64,000 bases of DNA from IMG/VR virus record IMGVR_UViG_3300024302_000005, positions 11,503 through 75,502 of that record; one strand, written 5' to 3'. Below, one piece after another: positions 8,166-17,759 of the stretch. Both the position numbers and the translations under genes were made by a program. The notes beneath the pieces are model-generated. The model made no database searches, was not told where the DNA came from, and saw only the letters and a program-made list of their open reading frames with translations. Each line of letters begins with the position of its first letter. The stretch's first letter is position 1. Origin of the DNA: a virus.

Positions 8166-8858
8166 TTAGGCTTGGGTAACGCCTACCAGACCTTGTTTGG
8201 AGCCATTATCCTGAACATGCATCCACAACACCAATTCCACTGAACCATCGAGCGTAGTATCCGGATTAACAGTACCGCGGACATCACCAGTAGTGGTGGT
8301 AGCTACCGTAGCATCGGCAGCTACGAAGACAGAAGCCAGCTTCTCTTCCACTGCATCGGCGTAGAATGCCAATACATCGGATTCAGCAGTAAGGACATAC
8401 GGGAGACCGAGAACGTCTCCTGTGCCCACTGTCAGGGATGTGACATCACCTGAAACAGTAACATCAGAGACTGTCTTGAATGCCTTTGTACCCGCCAGGC
8501 TAGTGCCACTGGCACTGGCTTCAGACATTACGTTGTCATAGACGTCGGTACCAGTAATCGTAATAACAGCGGTGCCTGTCCAGGCAGCTACGATGTTACG
8601 AGGAACATCCATAACACCTGCAAGAGCACCAGCTGCGATAGCTACAGCAGCAGTGGCACTGACAGAGAAGACACCCAGGGCAGTTAGGTCCTGAGATACA
8701 ACGATACCATTAGGGTCACCAACAATAGGGGAACCCATTGAAATCTTGCTAACGGCCATCATGGGGACGCCTGTTCGCCCATTTGAACCAAGTAAAGGAG
8801 CATAGCGACCTTTACCAGCATACATTTCAGTAGCTAATGAAACAGTGTGTTTAGACAT
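8166..8858 (-). CDS. putative virion (head decoration-like) protein
   Basis: Gly/Ala/Thr/Val-rich beta-type sequence; on the late strand; GGAG SD before MSKHT at 8858. Confidence 0.6.
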   Translation of the reverse strand: MSKHTVSLATEMYAGKGRYAPLLGSNGRTGVPMMAVSKISMGSPIVGDPNGIVVSQDLTALGVFSVSATAAVAIAAGALAGVMDVPRNIVAAWTGTAVITITGTDVYDNVMSEASASGTSLAGTKAFKTVSDVTVSGDVTSLTVGTGDVLGLPYVLTAESDVLAFYADAVEEKLASVFVAADATVATTTTGDVRGTVNPDTTLDGSVELVLWMHVQDNGSKQGLVGVTQA

Positions 8859-8953
8859 TATAAAACTCCGTTTGAGAAGCGGAAGATTCCGCAATTATAC
8901 GCGAGAGAAGAATCTACAACCTACGACCAAATGTCAAATAAACTTATGGAGAT

Positions 8954-10705
8954 TTGTTTATGTCCGAAGAATGCATCGACCAATATGCACTAGAGACCTC
9001 GTGGTCTACCCGCTTAGCTGATGACATCGTCATCGAAGCCATCCAAGGGGACATTCCCTTGAATATGGAACTAAAGATCCTGGATGTTCTCACCGAGATC
9101 AACCGGGGCAAAGTCCCAACCAAAGATCTCTTTATCCGTTTGTTCACCATTGTCCTGCGGGATAAGGTGGGTAAACCCGTCCAGGCTATAGCTACCCAGA
9201 TGGGGTTTGCTGCTGGAATCAAGAGTGCTTCTAAAGCATTCGAGTGGGGAATTCTGCTACTTAAGGAATGCCGTGAGGCAGGCCTGTATAAGTTGGAGAA
9301 GACGGAAGAAGAGTGGTATGTCCGTCCAAACTTCACTTTGGACAAGCAAACTTGCAAAAAGTTGGATAAATTGCAGTATTTACCTCCAATGAAGACCGTG
9401 CCAATTGATTGGACCGATAACCACGACGGTGGGTGGCTCTGGGAAACCAAGCACATACTCCTCGGGAACCGGTTCACTAAGCACGATATGCCTCTGGCAT
9501 ACGATGTCATCAATACTCTCCAAGGCATAGCCTGGGAGATCGATCCGGATACCTATCTGCTCGAGAAGCAGACTAATCATAACCTTAATAAGAAGAAATT
9601 CTTACGGGTCATTGATGCCTATTTAGGTCATCCCTTTCACTTTGTATGGCGTTATGACTCCCGCGGTAGAAGCTATTCCTCGGGATATGACCTAAACCTT
9701 CAAAGCAACGAATATGGTAAAGCCCTTATTTCGCTGCATAACAAGGAAATGATCACCAAAGCTGAAAACCTGTTGGTGGCCATAGCTAACCATGCCGGCA
9801 AGGATAAGCTGACATGGGAAGAGCGAATCGCTTGGGCTATCAGCGTGGAAAACACTGATGACATCGAGTGGGAAGAGCCTATCCTGGGACGTAAGGCTAT
9901 TCGTGCATATGAAGATATGCAGGCCCGTAAACCTTCCGGATACGTTATGAGCCTTGATGCTACGGCATCTGGGCTACAGATCATGGCAGCTCTATCGGGA
10001 TGCCAAGAGACGGCTAAGTACACCAATATGGTGGATCCCAATAACCGGTACGATCTGTACACTGAGGTAGCTGAAATGATCAATGATCAGCTGCCTAAGC
10101 CAGTACCTCGTAAAGTCACTAAGCAATGCGTAATGACCCACTACTATAACTCTAAGGCTACGCCTAAGGGTTTGCTCAGCGAAGAAGAGCTGGCGGTGTT
10201 CTACAAGACCACCGAAGGGCTCCTACCGGGGGCTGAGGAGGTCATGAAGGTTATCAACATGTGCTGGGATGACCAAGCAGACCATCACTCTTGGGTGATG
10301 CCTGACGGCCATACAGTGTACGTACCAGTGGTGGAAGCCACTAACGCTACGTATGTTGATGAAGAACTCGGTGATATCCCGCTCAGATTCTATGAGCAAG
10401 GTAAGTCCGAGAACTACAGGTCTCTGTGCCCTAATGTTATCCATAGTGTGGATGGCTATGTGGCTCGAGAGATGATTCGTCGATGCGACTTCCAGCTTAG
10501 CCATATCCATGACTGCTTTGTGTTTAGCCCTGATCACCTTCAGGACGTTGCACAGGCGTATCGTGAGATCATGGCAGAGATTGCTCGAAGCGATCTACTA
10601 CAAGATATCCTTATCCAGATCACCGGTGATAACACTCACCGGATCACCAAGATGAGTACTGATTTGGATGAATGTATCTTAGACAGCAGCTACATGTTGT
10701 CGTAA
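8954..10705 (+). CDS. T7-type RNA polymerase, N4 RNAPII-like (gp15+gp16 fused)
   Basis: DSRGRSY, LDATASGLQ (motif A), RKVTKQCVMTHYY (motif B), IHSVDG and IHDCF (motif C) all in one ORF. Confidence 0.92.
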   Translation: MFMSEECIDQYALETSWSTRLADDIVIEAIQGDIPLNMELKILDVLTEINRGKVPTKDLFIRLFTIVLRDKVGKPVQAIATQMGFAAGIKSASKAFEWGILLLKECREAGLYKLEKTEEEWYVRPNFTLDKQTCKKLDKLQYLPPMKTVPIDWTDNHDGGWLWETKHILLGNRFTKHDMPLAYDVINTLQGIAWEIDPDTYLLEKQTNHNLNKKKFLRVIDAYLGHPFHFVWRYDSRGRSYSSGYDLNLQSNEYGKALISLHNKEMITKAENLLVAIANHAGKDKLTWEERIAWAISVENTDDIEWEEPILGRKAIRAYEDMQARKPSGYVMSLDATASGLQIMAALSGCQETAKYTNMVDPNNRYDLYTEVAEMINDQLPKPVPRKVTKQCVMTHYYNSKATPKGLLSEEELAVFYKTTEGLLPGAEEVMKVINMCWDDQADHHSWVMPDGHTVYVPVVEATNATYVDEELGDIPLRFYEQGKSENYRSLCPNVIHSVDGYVAREMIRRCDFQLSHIHDCFVFSPDHLQDVAQAYREIMAEIARSDLLQDILIQITGDNTHRITKMSTDLDECILDSSYMLS

Positions 10706-10709
10706 ACTG

Positions 10710-10742
10710 ATGGGCTCCCTTAGGGGAGTCCATTATTTTTTT
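10710..10742 (+). terminator. intrinsic terminator
   Basis: ATGGGCTCCC-TTAG-GGGAGTCCAT followed by a T-run. Confidence 0.85.
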
Positions 10743-10812
10743 CATTGAGGCCAAGACTTAATATTACAGTATGTGATTCACTGGATGTACCCGCTTATTT
10801 AGGAGGAGTTTA

Positions 10813-11004
10813 ATGTTGTTTTTTGCAGTGGATTCCTGCGCCTTAAAAGGCTGCTTAAGTTGGCGTATGGGGAACAAATGCGCCAAGGATCAGATGGATA
10901 TCCATACCATGCTGAAGTACTCAGCTAATATCCACGATAGTGAGAACTGCTTAATACGTAAGCAGATGAACGACTACAGATTGACTAATATGCTGGAGAA
11001 ATAA
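10813..11004 (+). CDS. hypothetical protein
   Basis: AGGAGGAG SD. Confidence 0.55.
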   Translation: MLFFAVDSCALKGCLSWRMGNKCAKDQMDIHTMLKYSANIHDSENCLIRKQMNDYRLTNMLEK

Positions 11005-11005
11005 T

Positions 11006-11629
11006 ATGCGGATTGCCGAATCCAAAAAGAAATCCATGAAGACCGAAATTATGCAGGATTTGTACAAATCACTAGCTCAGACGCTTAGTGATAAGAAAGA
11101 TGCAATAGCTAAAAAAGCGTACGGGCTATTCATGGCTACCTTGTCCGAGCAGCTAGAGGCTGTACCAAAGAACATGCTTAATTACGAAAATAGCTATTCG
11201 ATAAAAGTTAAGTATAAGCAAGATAAGGACAGCCTAAGCTATGATATTGACGAATCATGGTCTTATTATTTTAGCGATCCTTCGCCGTCTCCGAGCGCGA
11301 TGAATGGGAATAACTACAGTAATAATTATAGAGGTAAGCTGCCCCCTGAGCTAATGGAAGAGGCGGCTACCTTGTGCAACGCCCTTATAGCTTTGAACGA
11401 GGAGCGGAGTGAAATGCAGGATTTCCTTGATGAAACCCTGGAGCGCCACTCAGGCCCCAAGGCTTTGCGTGAGGCATGGCCTGAATCCCTCCACAAGTAT
11501 CTGCCTGTCATAGCTCCGCGTAAGCCCAGGGTTAAGAAGGCCGATCGCCCTGTAGCCATTGAAGAGCCTGCCATTGCTGTCCCAACAGCACTAAACAACC
11601 GCCTTGTCACTAACCTCCTCGAAAGTTAA
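11006..11629 (+). CDS. Nmad5-like protein (possible second paralog)
   Basis: C-terminal K.LREAWPE...YLP pattern. Confidence 0.5.
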   Translation: MRIAESKKKSMKTEIMQDLYKSLAQTLSDKKDAIAKKAYGLFMATLSEQLEAVPKNMLNYENSYSIKVKYKQDKDSLSYDIDESWSYYFSDPSPSPSAMNGNNYSNNYRGKLPPELMEEAATLCNALIALNEERSEMQDFLDETLERHSGPKALREAWPESLHKYLPVIAPRKPRVKKADRPVAIEEPAIAVPTALNNRLVTNLLES

Positions 11630-11632
11630 TCA

Positions 11633-12682
11633 ATGTCAATATTCAACGTCAACGCCACAGATCTTCGTGAATGCCTGATCGAGGATCTTAAAGTGGGGCT
11701 AACACCCATGGTGGCTTCTAGTCCCGGAGCAGGCAAATCCGATATTATTAATGAGATTGCCGAGGTCTTTAAGCTAAAGGTTATCGACCTCAGGGTATCT
11801 CAGTGTGAGCCTGTAGATATGCAGGGCTATCCGGATACCCGAGAGGTTCCCGGTAAATTATCTCGGATGACATTTAACATCCCAGAGTATTTCCCTATTA
11901 AGGGTGAAGACGAAGTACCCGAAGGTTACGAGGGCTGGCTCTTATTCCTGGATGAATTTAACTCCGGTAATAAGCAAACCGAAGCAGCTGCTTATAAGCT
12001 TGTTTTAGATAAGGCTGTCTATTTACATAAATTACACCCTAAATGCTTAATTATAGCAGCGGGTAATTTAATAACAGATAGGGCTATTGTTAACACCCAA
12101 AGTACAGCGACGACGTCTCGCCTAACCCACTACCGTTTAATAGTGGAACCAGAGGTCTGGATTGAGTGGGCTAATAAGAGCGGTATTGATCACCGTATTA
12201 TCTCTTATATTAAATTTAAGCCTGCAGCTCTGGATATGTTTGATCCGGATACTTCCGAGATGACATTCCGTTGTCCGCGGACTTGGGCCTTCGCTTCGAA
12301 GACCATCAAGAACAAAGAGACCATCGATCGCATTACCAAGATCCGGCTAGCCGGAACAATTGGTGAAGCTGGTGCAGTGGAACTGGCGACCTTTACAGAG
12401 ATCTATCAGGACCTACCTACTATAGAGCAGATCCTGACAGACCCTGAGAAGGGCTGGAAGGTTCCTGGCGATGAGCATCCGGATCGGTTGTTTGCGATAA
12501 CGACAATGTTATCTCATGCGATGACCCCGCAAAATATCGATACGGTAATTATCGCCATCAATCGGCTACCTATAGATTTCCAGGTGATAACCTTCAAAGA
12601 TGTATATAAAAAATCCCCTGAACTTAAGGGGCATGCTAGCATCTTGACCTGGATTTCCGAAAACTCATCCGTGATGTTCTAG
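11633..12682 (+). CDS. MoxR-like AAA+ ATPase (N4 gp24-like)
   Basis: SSPGAGKS Walker A; LFLDEFN Walker B; AAGN; PRTW. Confidence 0.9.
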   Translation: MSIFNVNATDLRECLIEDLKVGLTPMVASSPGAGKSDIINEIAEVFKLKVIDLRVSQCEPVDMQGYPDTREVPGKLSRMTFNIPEYFPIKGEDEVPEGYEGWLLFLDEFNSGNKQTEAAAYKLVLDKAVYLHKLHPKCLIIAAGNLITDRAIVNTQSTATTSRLTHYRLIVEPEVWIEWANKSGIDHRIISYIKFKPAALDMFDPDTSEMTFRCPRTWAFASKTIKNKETIDRITKIRLAGTIGEAGAVELATFTEIYQDLPTIEQILTDPEKGWKVPGDEHPDRLFAITTMLSHAMTPQNIDTVIIAINRLPIDFQVITFKDVYKKSPELKGHASILTWISENSSVMF

Positions 12683-12694
12683 GAGGGCATTATT

Positions 12695-13579
12695 ATGACA
12701 GACCTCAAACCAATGCTGGCAGCTGCAGTAACTAACGAACAGCTGGCAGAGATTCTCGAGACGAAACACCTCATTGCCTCCCCCAAATTAGACGGTATCA
12801 GATGCACCATCCAAGATGGTGTAGCCCTATCACGCAGTCTGAAGAAAATCCGTAATCCCTATGTCCAAGAGAAACTGGGACACCAGAAATTTAACGGATT
12901 GGATGGGGAACTCATTGTGGGGGATCCCACAGCTCATGATGTGTACCGGGTAACCAATGGCGGCGTCATGCGTGGCCATGGGGAGCCTGAGTTCACGTTC
13001 TACGCCTTTGATAACCTCCTGTATCAGGAGAACTATCAGAAGCGCCTGAGCAGCATCGTCGGGGACGGTGACGTCATCGAGCGGCATCAATGTGATGTGG
13101 TCCTGACCGTCGAAGACCTAATCGAGGTCGAGGAGAAGTATCTACAGCAGGGCTACGAAGGTGTCATCCTTCGAGATCCTGATGGTGCCTACAAGAATGG
13201 CCGATCTACGGTCAAACAAGCAGGCATGATGAAGATGAAGCAATTCATCGATGCTGAAGCTACTGTCATTGGTATGGAAGAGCTAATGCATAACGCCAAT
13301 GAGTCATTTACTAATGAGCTCGGCCGTACTGCTAGATCTTCCCACCAGGAAGGCAAAGTACCTATGGACTCCATGGGTGCTCTAGTCTGTAAGGATGTGA
13401 AGACGGGTGTCGAATTTAATATCGGCACCGGATTCTCAGCCAATGACCGTAAGGTCATCTGGACTAAACGAGCGGAGCATATGGGCCAATTGGTAAAGTA
13501 CAAGTCTTTCCCGATCGGTGTTAAAGATGCTCCGCGGCATCCTGTCTTCCTGGGGTTCAGAGACCAAGACGACCTATAG
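12695..13579 (+). CDS. minimal ATP-dependent DNA ligase
   Basis: KLDGIR, LDGEL, FYAFD, EGVILR, IGTGF, PRHPVF motifs. Confidence 0.93.
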   Translation: MTDLKPMLAAAVTNEQLAEILETKHLIASPKLDGIRCTIQDGVALSRSLKKIRNPYVQEKLGHQKFNGLDGELIVGDPTAHDVYRVTNGGVMRGHGEPEFTFYAFDNLLYQENYQKRLSSIVGDGDVIERHQCDVVLTVEDLIEVEEKYLQQGYEGVILRDPDGAYKNGRSTVKQAGMMKMKQFIDAEATVIGMEELMHNANESFTNELGRTARSSHQEGKVPMDSMGALVCKDVKTGVEFNIGTGFSANDRKVIWTKRAEHMGQLVKYKSFPIGVKDAPRHPVFLGFRDQDDL

Positions 13580-13588
13580 GAGTTCCTC

Positions 13589-14668
13589 GTGCAAATTGAT
13601 CTCGACGCTAAAATGCTCAAGGCTAAAATTGAGCTAATGACTAAGTCTGCTTTTCTCTCAACAATCTCGTTAAGTATCCGACAAATGATGTCGGAGGAAC
13701 AGGCTACTGCATGGACCAATGAACGGTGGATAAAATATAATCCCAATTTCATTAAGCCATTGTCGGTAGCTGAGCTAGCAGGTCTTATTGCGCACGAATG
13801 TTGGCATATTGCATTTCAGCATCTATCTCGTAGAGGTGACCGTGACCCTAGGGTTTGGAATGCTGCAGGTGATTATGTAATCAACTGGCTGCTTATTAAG
13901 GCAGGCTTCCAAATTCCTCATGGTGGACTAATCGATCCGCGGTTCGAAGGCATGTCCACTGACGAAGTCTATAATATTTTGATTGCTGAAGGCTTCGAAC
14001 CTCCCGGTGGAAATATCTGGGATATCCTGGGTGAGCCCGGTACTGCTGAAGAGCAAGACGCTGTCCGTGACATTCTGGTACGGGCCCAGATGCAGGCACA
14101 GACAGCTGGGGAAGCCGGAACTATCCCCGGAGAAGTTACCCGGATAATTGACAAGCTGGTGAACCCCAGACTGCCATGGCCAGTACTGCTTAATAGATTC
14201 CTGGATGCTCGTATCCAAGAGGAGTATTCCTGGAACAGGAAGAGCCGTAGGTACAGGCCATTCATGCCTAGCATGCAGAGCTATGGACTAGGCCATCTAA
14301 CCTGGGCCATTGATACCAGTGGCAGTCAGAACGACGAGGACCTACGTGCAGATCTAAGTGAGATCAAAGGTGTCCGTGATGTTCTAAGACCCGAAAAGAT
14401 GACTATCATCGATTGTGATGCCGTAATCCATAATGTCTGGGATGTAGATCAGAACACTGACATCATGTCTCTGAAGTTCACCGGTAATGGTGGTACTAAA
14501 TTCCAACCAGTTCTGGATTACGTCGAAGAACATCCTACCCAAGCTCTGGTGTATTTCACCGATCTGTATGGTGAGCAGAACCTGAAGCCTGTAGACTATC
14601 CCGTCCTGTGGATTTGTAATTCCGGACATGCTCCTGCCCCGTTTGGGCAGACGATCTATATCGACTAA
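13589..14668 (+). CDS. metallopeptidase + vWA domain protein (DUF2201; N4 gp25-like)
   Basis: HECWH, WNAAGDYVIN, IDTSGS, GGTKF, YFTD motifs. Confidence 0.88.
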   Translation: MQIDLDAKMLKAKIELMTKSAFLSTISLSIRQMMSEEQATAWTNERWIKYNPNFIKPLSVAELAGLIAHECWHIAFQHLSRRGDRDPRVWNAAGDYVINWLLIKAGFQIPHGGLIDPRFEGMSTDEVYNILIAEGFEPPGGNIWDILGEPGTAEEQDAVRDILVRAQMQAQTAGEAGTIPGEVTRIIDKLVNPRLPWPVLLNRFLDARIQEEYSWNRKSRRYRPFMPSMQSYGLGHLTWAIDTSGSQNDEDLRADLSEIKGVRDVLRPEKMTIIDCDAVIHNVWDVDQNTDIMSLKFTGNGGTKFQPVLDYVEEHPTQALVYFTDLYGEQNLKPVDYPVLWICNSGHAPAPFGQTIYID

Positions 14669-14691
14669 CAATAATAATAAGGAGCTCGAGA

Positions 14692-16533
14692 GTGGCGATA
14701 ACGACAGTAATTTTGATCAAAGAAAACGCTCTGGATCTATCAGCGATCGATAGTTACTATTTAGATCTGCTGGAAAAGGAAGGCATTCCGAAGAGCTCCG
14801 TAACGGTGCTACCTCTACTCTACAACACCCCGAAGAAGGTGATAGCTAAGACGGCCAAGGCTTATTTAGATAAGCTACTATCGAAGATCCCAGACACTGT
14901 CACTAATCTTATTATTGCCGACAGTCCTTATTTCAAATTCATCTCAAAACTCCAGAAAATAACTTCTGTCTACGGAGCTGTTGTTCCCGGAGGATACGAT
15001 GGATATGAGAAATTCAATTGCGTCTTTGTTCCAAATTATAAATCCCTGTTCAAGCAACCCGACAACGATAACTTAATTCAGATAGGGCTTAAGGCTATAG
15101 CTGGTACAGCATCAAAGGTACGTATCAATTACGCCGGCTATGCATTTAAACATGGTTCAGAACGAGAGCTGCTGGATGCACTGTATGTGCACCCAGAGCT
15201 TACGGTAGATGTGGAAACCACCGGGCTGACTCTGGATGATTACATCATCTCTATCGCCTTTGCTTGGAACAAGCATGAGGGTATCGCTATCGACATCTCT
15301 ATTACAGGGATGCATTACGTCAAGGAATTCCTCGAGTCCTATAAGGGCAAGATGATCTTCCACAACGGCCTATTCGACATCAAGTTGATGGTGAGACGTT
15401 GGTGGATGGAGCATGCTAAAGACATGGTCGGAATGATGGAAGGTATCCAGTTTTTCAAGGATACCGACGACACTATGTTGATGGCGTATCTCGCCAAGAA
15501 TTCCACCACACAGGTGTCATTAGGTCTCAAGGACTTAGCTCTGGATTACGTAGGTAACTACGCTATCGATATCGAGGATGCTTCCAAATACCCCAAGGCA
15601 GAGCTGCTGGAGTATAACCTGATTGATGCTCTCGGCACCTTCTATGTTTACGAGAAGTACAGGGAGGAGCTGACCTCTGAGCCCTACCTGCAGATCTTCC
15701 AACCGAGTATCTATCCAATCCTGAAGATGATGCTGACGGGGCTGCCTGTGGATTCTAGCAGGGTCAAAGAAGTGCATACGATCCTCTCCGCTAAGGAGAA
15801 GGTCCTGAGAGACCAGATTCGTCAGAACACTTGCGTAATAGAGTTCAACGATCAGTTACGTGCCGACACCTGCAAAAAAGCAAACGAGAAACTTAAGGTG
15901 CTTGTTAAAACAGTAGCCGATTTCGAGGATGTGGAATTTAATCCAGGTAGTCATGTCCAATTAGCCAATCTGTTATTTAAGATCCATGATCTTCCAGTTC
16001 TGGACACCACCAAAACAGGGGCACCCGCCACCGGTGCAGATACCCTAGCAGATTTGTGTAATCATACAAAAGACCAAGATATCCTGGATCTATTAAAGTT
16101 CGTTATCGATCTAGCTGATGTAACTAAGATTAATGGCACATTTATCAAGGCATTCCTGCGGGAAGAGGATCTGCTGCATGGCAGCCTTAAGTTGGGCGGT
16201 ACCCAATCCGGCCGGCTAGCTAGTCATGATCCTAATCTGACCAATATCCCCAGCCATGGCGCTAACGGTAAACTCGTGAAGAGCTGTGTCGTAGCTGAGG
16301 ATGGGTGGTTATTCGGAGGGGCTGATTTCAACGCTCTAGAGGAGCGGGGAGGAGCTATCCTTACTCAGGATCCCAACCGTATTAAGGTATACACAGATGG
16401 CTACGATGGGCACTCTATGAGGACCCATAAGTATTTCTCCGAGAAGATGCCAGATATTGTAGAGGCTTTAGTTAAAGCTGAGACAGCTACTAATTTCTGG
16501 ATCAACGATGCCGGGGAGTATTGCTGTGATTGA
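14692..16533 (+). CDS. family A DNA polymerase, N-terminal part (3'-5' exonuclease to motif A)
   Basis: DVETTGL, FHNGLFD, YNLID, TQSGRLAS, ADFNALEER, DGHS. Confidence 0.92.
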   Translation: MAITTVILIKENALDLSAIDSYYLDLLEKEGIPKSSVTVLPLLYNTPKKVIAKTAKAYLDKLLSKIPDTVTNLIIADSPYFKFISKLQKITSVYGAVVPGGYDGYEKFNCVFVPNYKSLFKQPDNDNLIQIGLKAIAGTASKVRINYAGYAFKHGSERELLDALYVHPELTVDVETTGLTLDDYIISIAFAWNKHEGIAIDISITGMHYVKEFLESYKGKMIFHNGLFDIKLMVRRWWMEHAKDMVGMMEGIQFFKDTDDTMLMAYLAKNSTTQVSLGLKDLALDYVGNYAIDIEDASKYPKAELLEYNLIDALGTFYVYEKYREELTSEPYLQIFQPSIYPILKMMLTGLPVDSSRVKEVHTILSAKEKVLRDQIRQNTCVIEFNDQLRADTCKKANEKLKVLVKTVADFEDVEFNPGSHVQLANLLFKIHDLPVLDTTKTGAPATGADTLADLCNHTKDQDILDLLKFVIDLADVTKINGTFIKAFLREEDLLHGSLKLGGTQSGRLASHDPNLTNIPSHGANGKLVKSCVVAEDGWLFGGADFNALEERGGAILTQDPNRIKVYTDGYDGHSMRTHKYFSEKMPDIVEALVKAETATNFWINDAGEYCCD

Positions 16534-17068
16534 TCAAACTAGCCTGTATAGGCATTTCTCGAAAGATGATTCCCTACTTTACATAGGGATATCCCTATCT
16601 GCTTTAAATAGATTAGGTCAACACTCCTCTAATTCACATTGGTACACCAAAATTTCTAAGGTGACCATTGAGCATTTTGATACACGAACAGCAGCAATGG
16701 CAGCGGAGAGAGAAGCAATTATCTTGGAAAAGCCTGCTCATAATATTCAACATGTTGGAGGCAGTATATTTGAAAAAGAAGCAACTAAATGTATCGAAGT
16801 TGCGGAGAAAGTGCTGGGCGCAAGAGATGAATTTATCACTCGCATCGTAAACATTAAACTCATGTATGGCTCTGCAGAATTAGCGAATGAATTACAAATA
16901 CCCCATAAGGCTCTAAAGGCATTAATTGATACAGGACAATTAGGATACGTAAAAAGTATGGGGGAATATGACAAAGTGGATAGAAGAAAATTCATGATAT
17001 CTGGTTGGCAAGTTATCGACTATATGGAATCCATATCTACTAGGAGCTCTCATGAAAAAAATAACTAA
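16508..17068 (+). mobile_element. GIY-YIG homing endonuclease-like gene with a C-terminal HTH, interrupting the DNA polymerase
   Basis: LYRHF...LLYIGIS...R..QH...E..AI..EKP.HN; AT-richer than the flanks; overlaps both polymerase parts. Confidence 0.8.
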
Positions 17069-17759
17069 AGAGGAATATTTGGTAGGTGTCATCAACTCCA
17101 TCGCCACCAAATACCCCGATCTAAGATATGACTCCAAAGCTCCTACCTTCGCACTGCAATATATGGGCACAGCCTTTACCCTGCATAAGCGAAGTGGCTT
17201 CCCAATGCCACAGGCTATTGCTATCGAGAATTCATTCCATGAACTGTATGCAGTTTCGGATGAATTTAACGAGCGTAATAAGCAATTTATGATCGAGCAT
17301 GGCTATATCGAGTGTGCCTTTGGCCTTAAGCTAAGAACCCCGATAATTGCAAAGTGTGTGATGGGGACGTCCAAGACACCTTACGAAGCTGACCGAGAAG
17401 TGCGCAGTGCCAACAACGCAGTAACACAGTCTTGGGGCATGCTGTTAAACCGTGCAATGATCGCCGTAAACCGACGCATCGAAGCTAGTAAATACCGGTT
17501 CGATATCTTTCCGGTCAACATGATCCATGATGCAGGATACTTCAAATTTCGTGAGGATCCTAAAGTTATCCAATTTCTGAACAACGTTCTAATCGAAGAG
17601 ATGCAATGGAACGATCACGATAAAATTAGATCAACAGAGGTCCCAATGATGGCTTCCCTTGAGATAGGGAAATCATGGGACAAACAATTCGAATTACCCA
17701 ATAACGCTAGTATCGAGGAAATCAACGATGTCATTTCAACTATCTCAGGACCAGAATGA
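17052..17759 (+). CDS. family A DNA polymerase, C-terminal part (motifs B and C)
   Basis: RYDSKAPTFALQYMG, NAVTQS, IHDA; has its own AGGAG SD. Confidence 0.92.
   Translation: MKKITKEEYLVGVINSIATKYPDLRYDSKAPTFALQYMGTAFTLHKRSGFPMPQAIAIENSFHELYAVSDEFNERNKQFMIEHGYIECAFGLKLRTPIIAKCVMGTSKTPYEADREVRSANNAVTQSWGMLLNRAMIAVNRRIEASKYRFDIFPVNMIHDAGYFKFREDPKVIQFLNNVLIEEMQWNDHDKIRSTEVPMMASLEIGKSWDKQFELPNNASIEEINDVISTISGPE

Noticed and set aside
16508-17068. Group I intron or intein in the DNA polymerase
   Set aside because: No non-coding flanks for a ribozyme core, no intein terminal residues, and the second part has its own SD; an Infernal scan is still needed to exclude it fully
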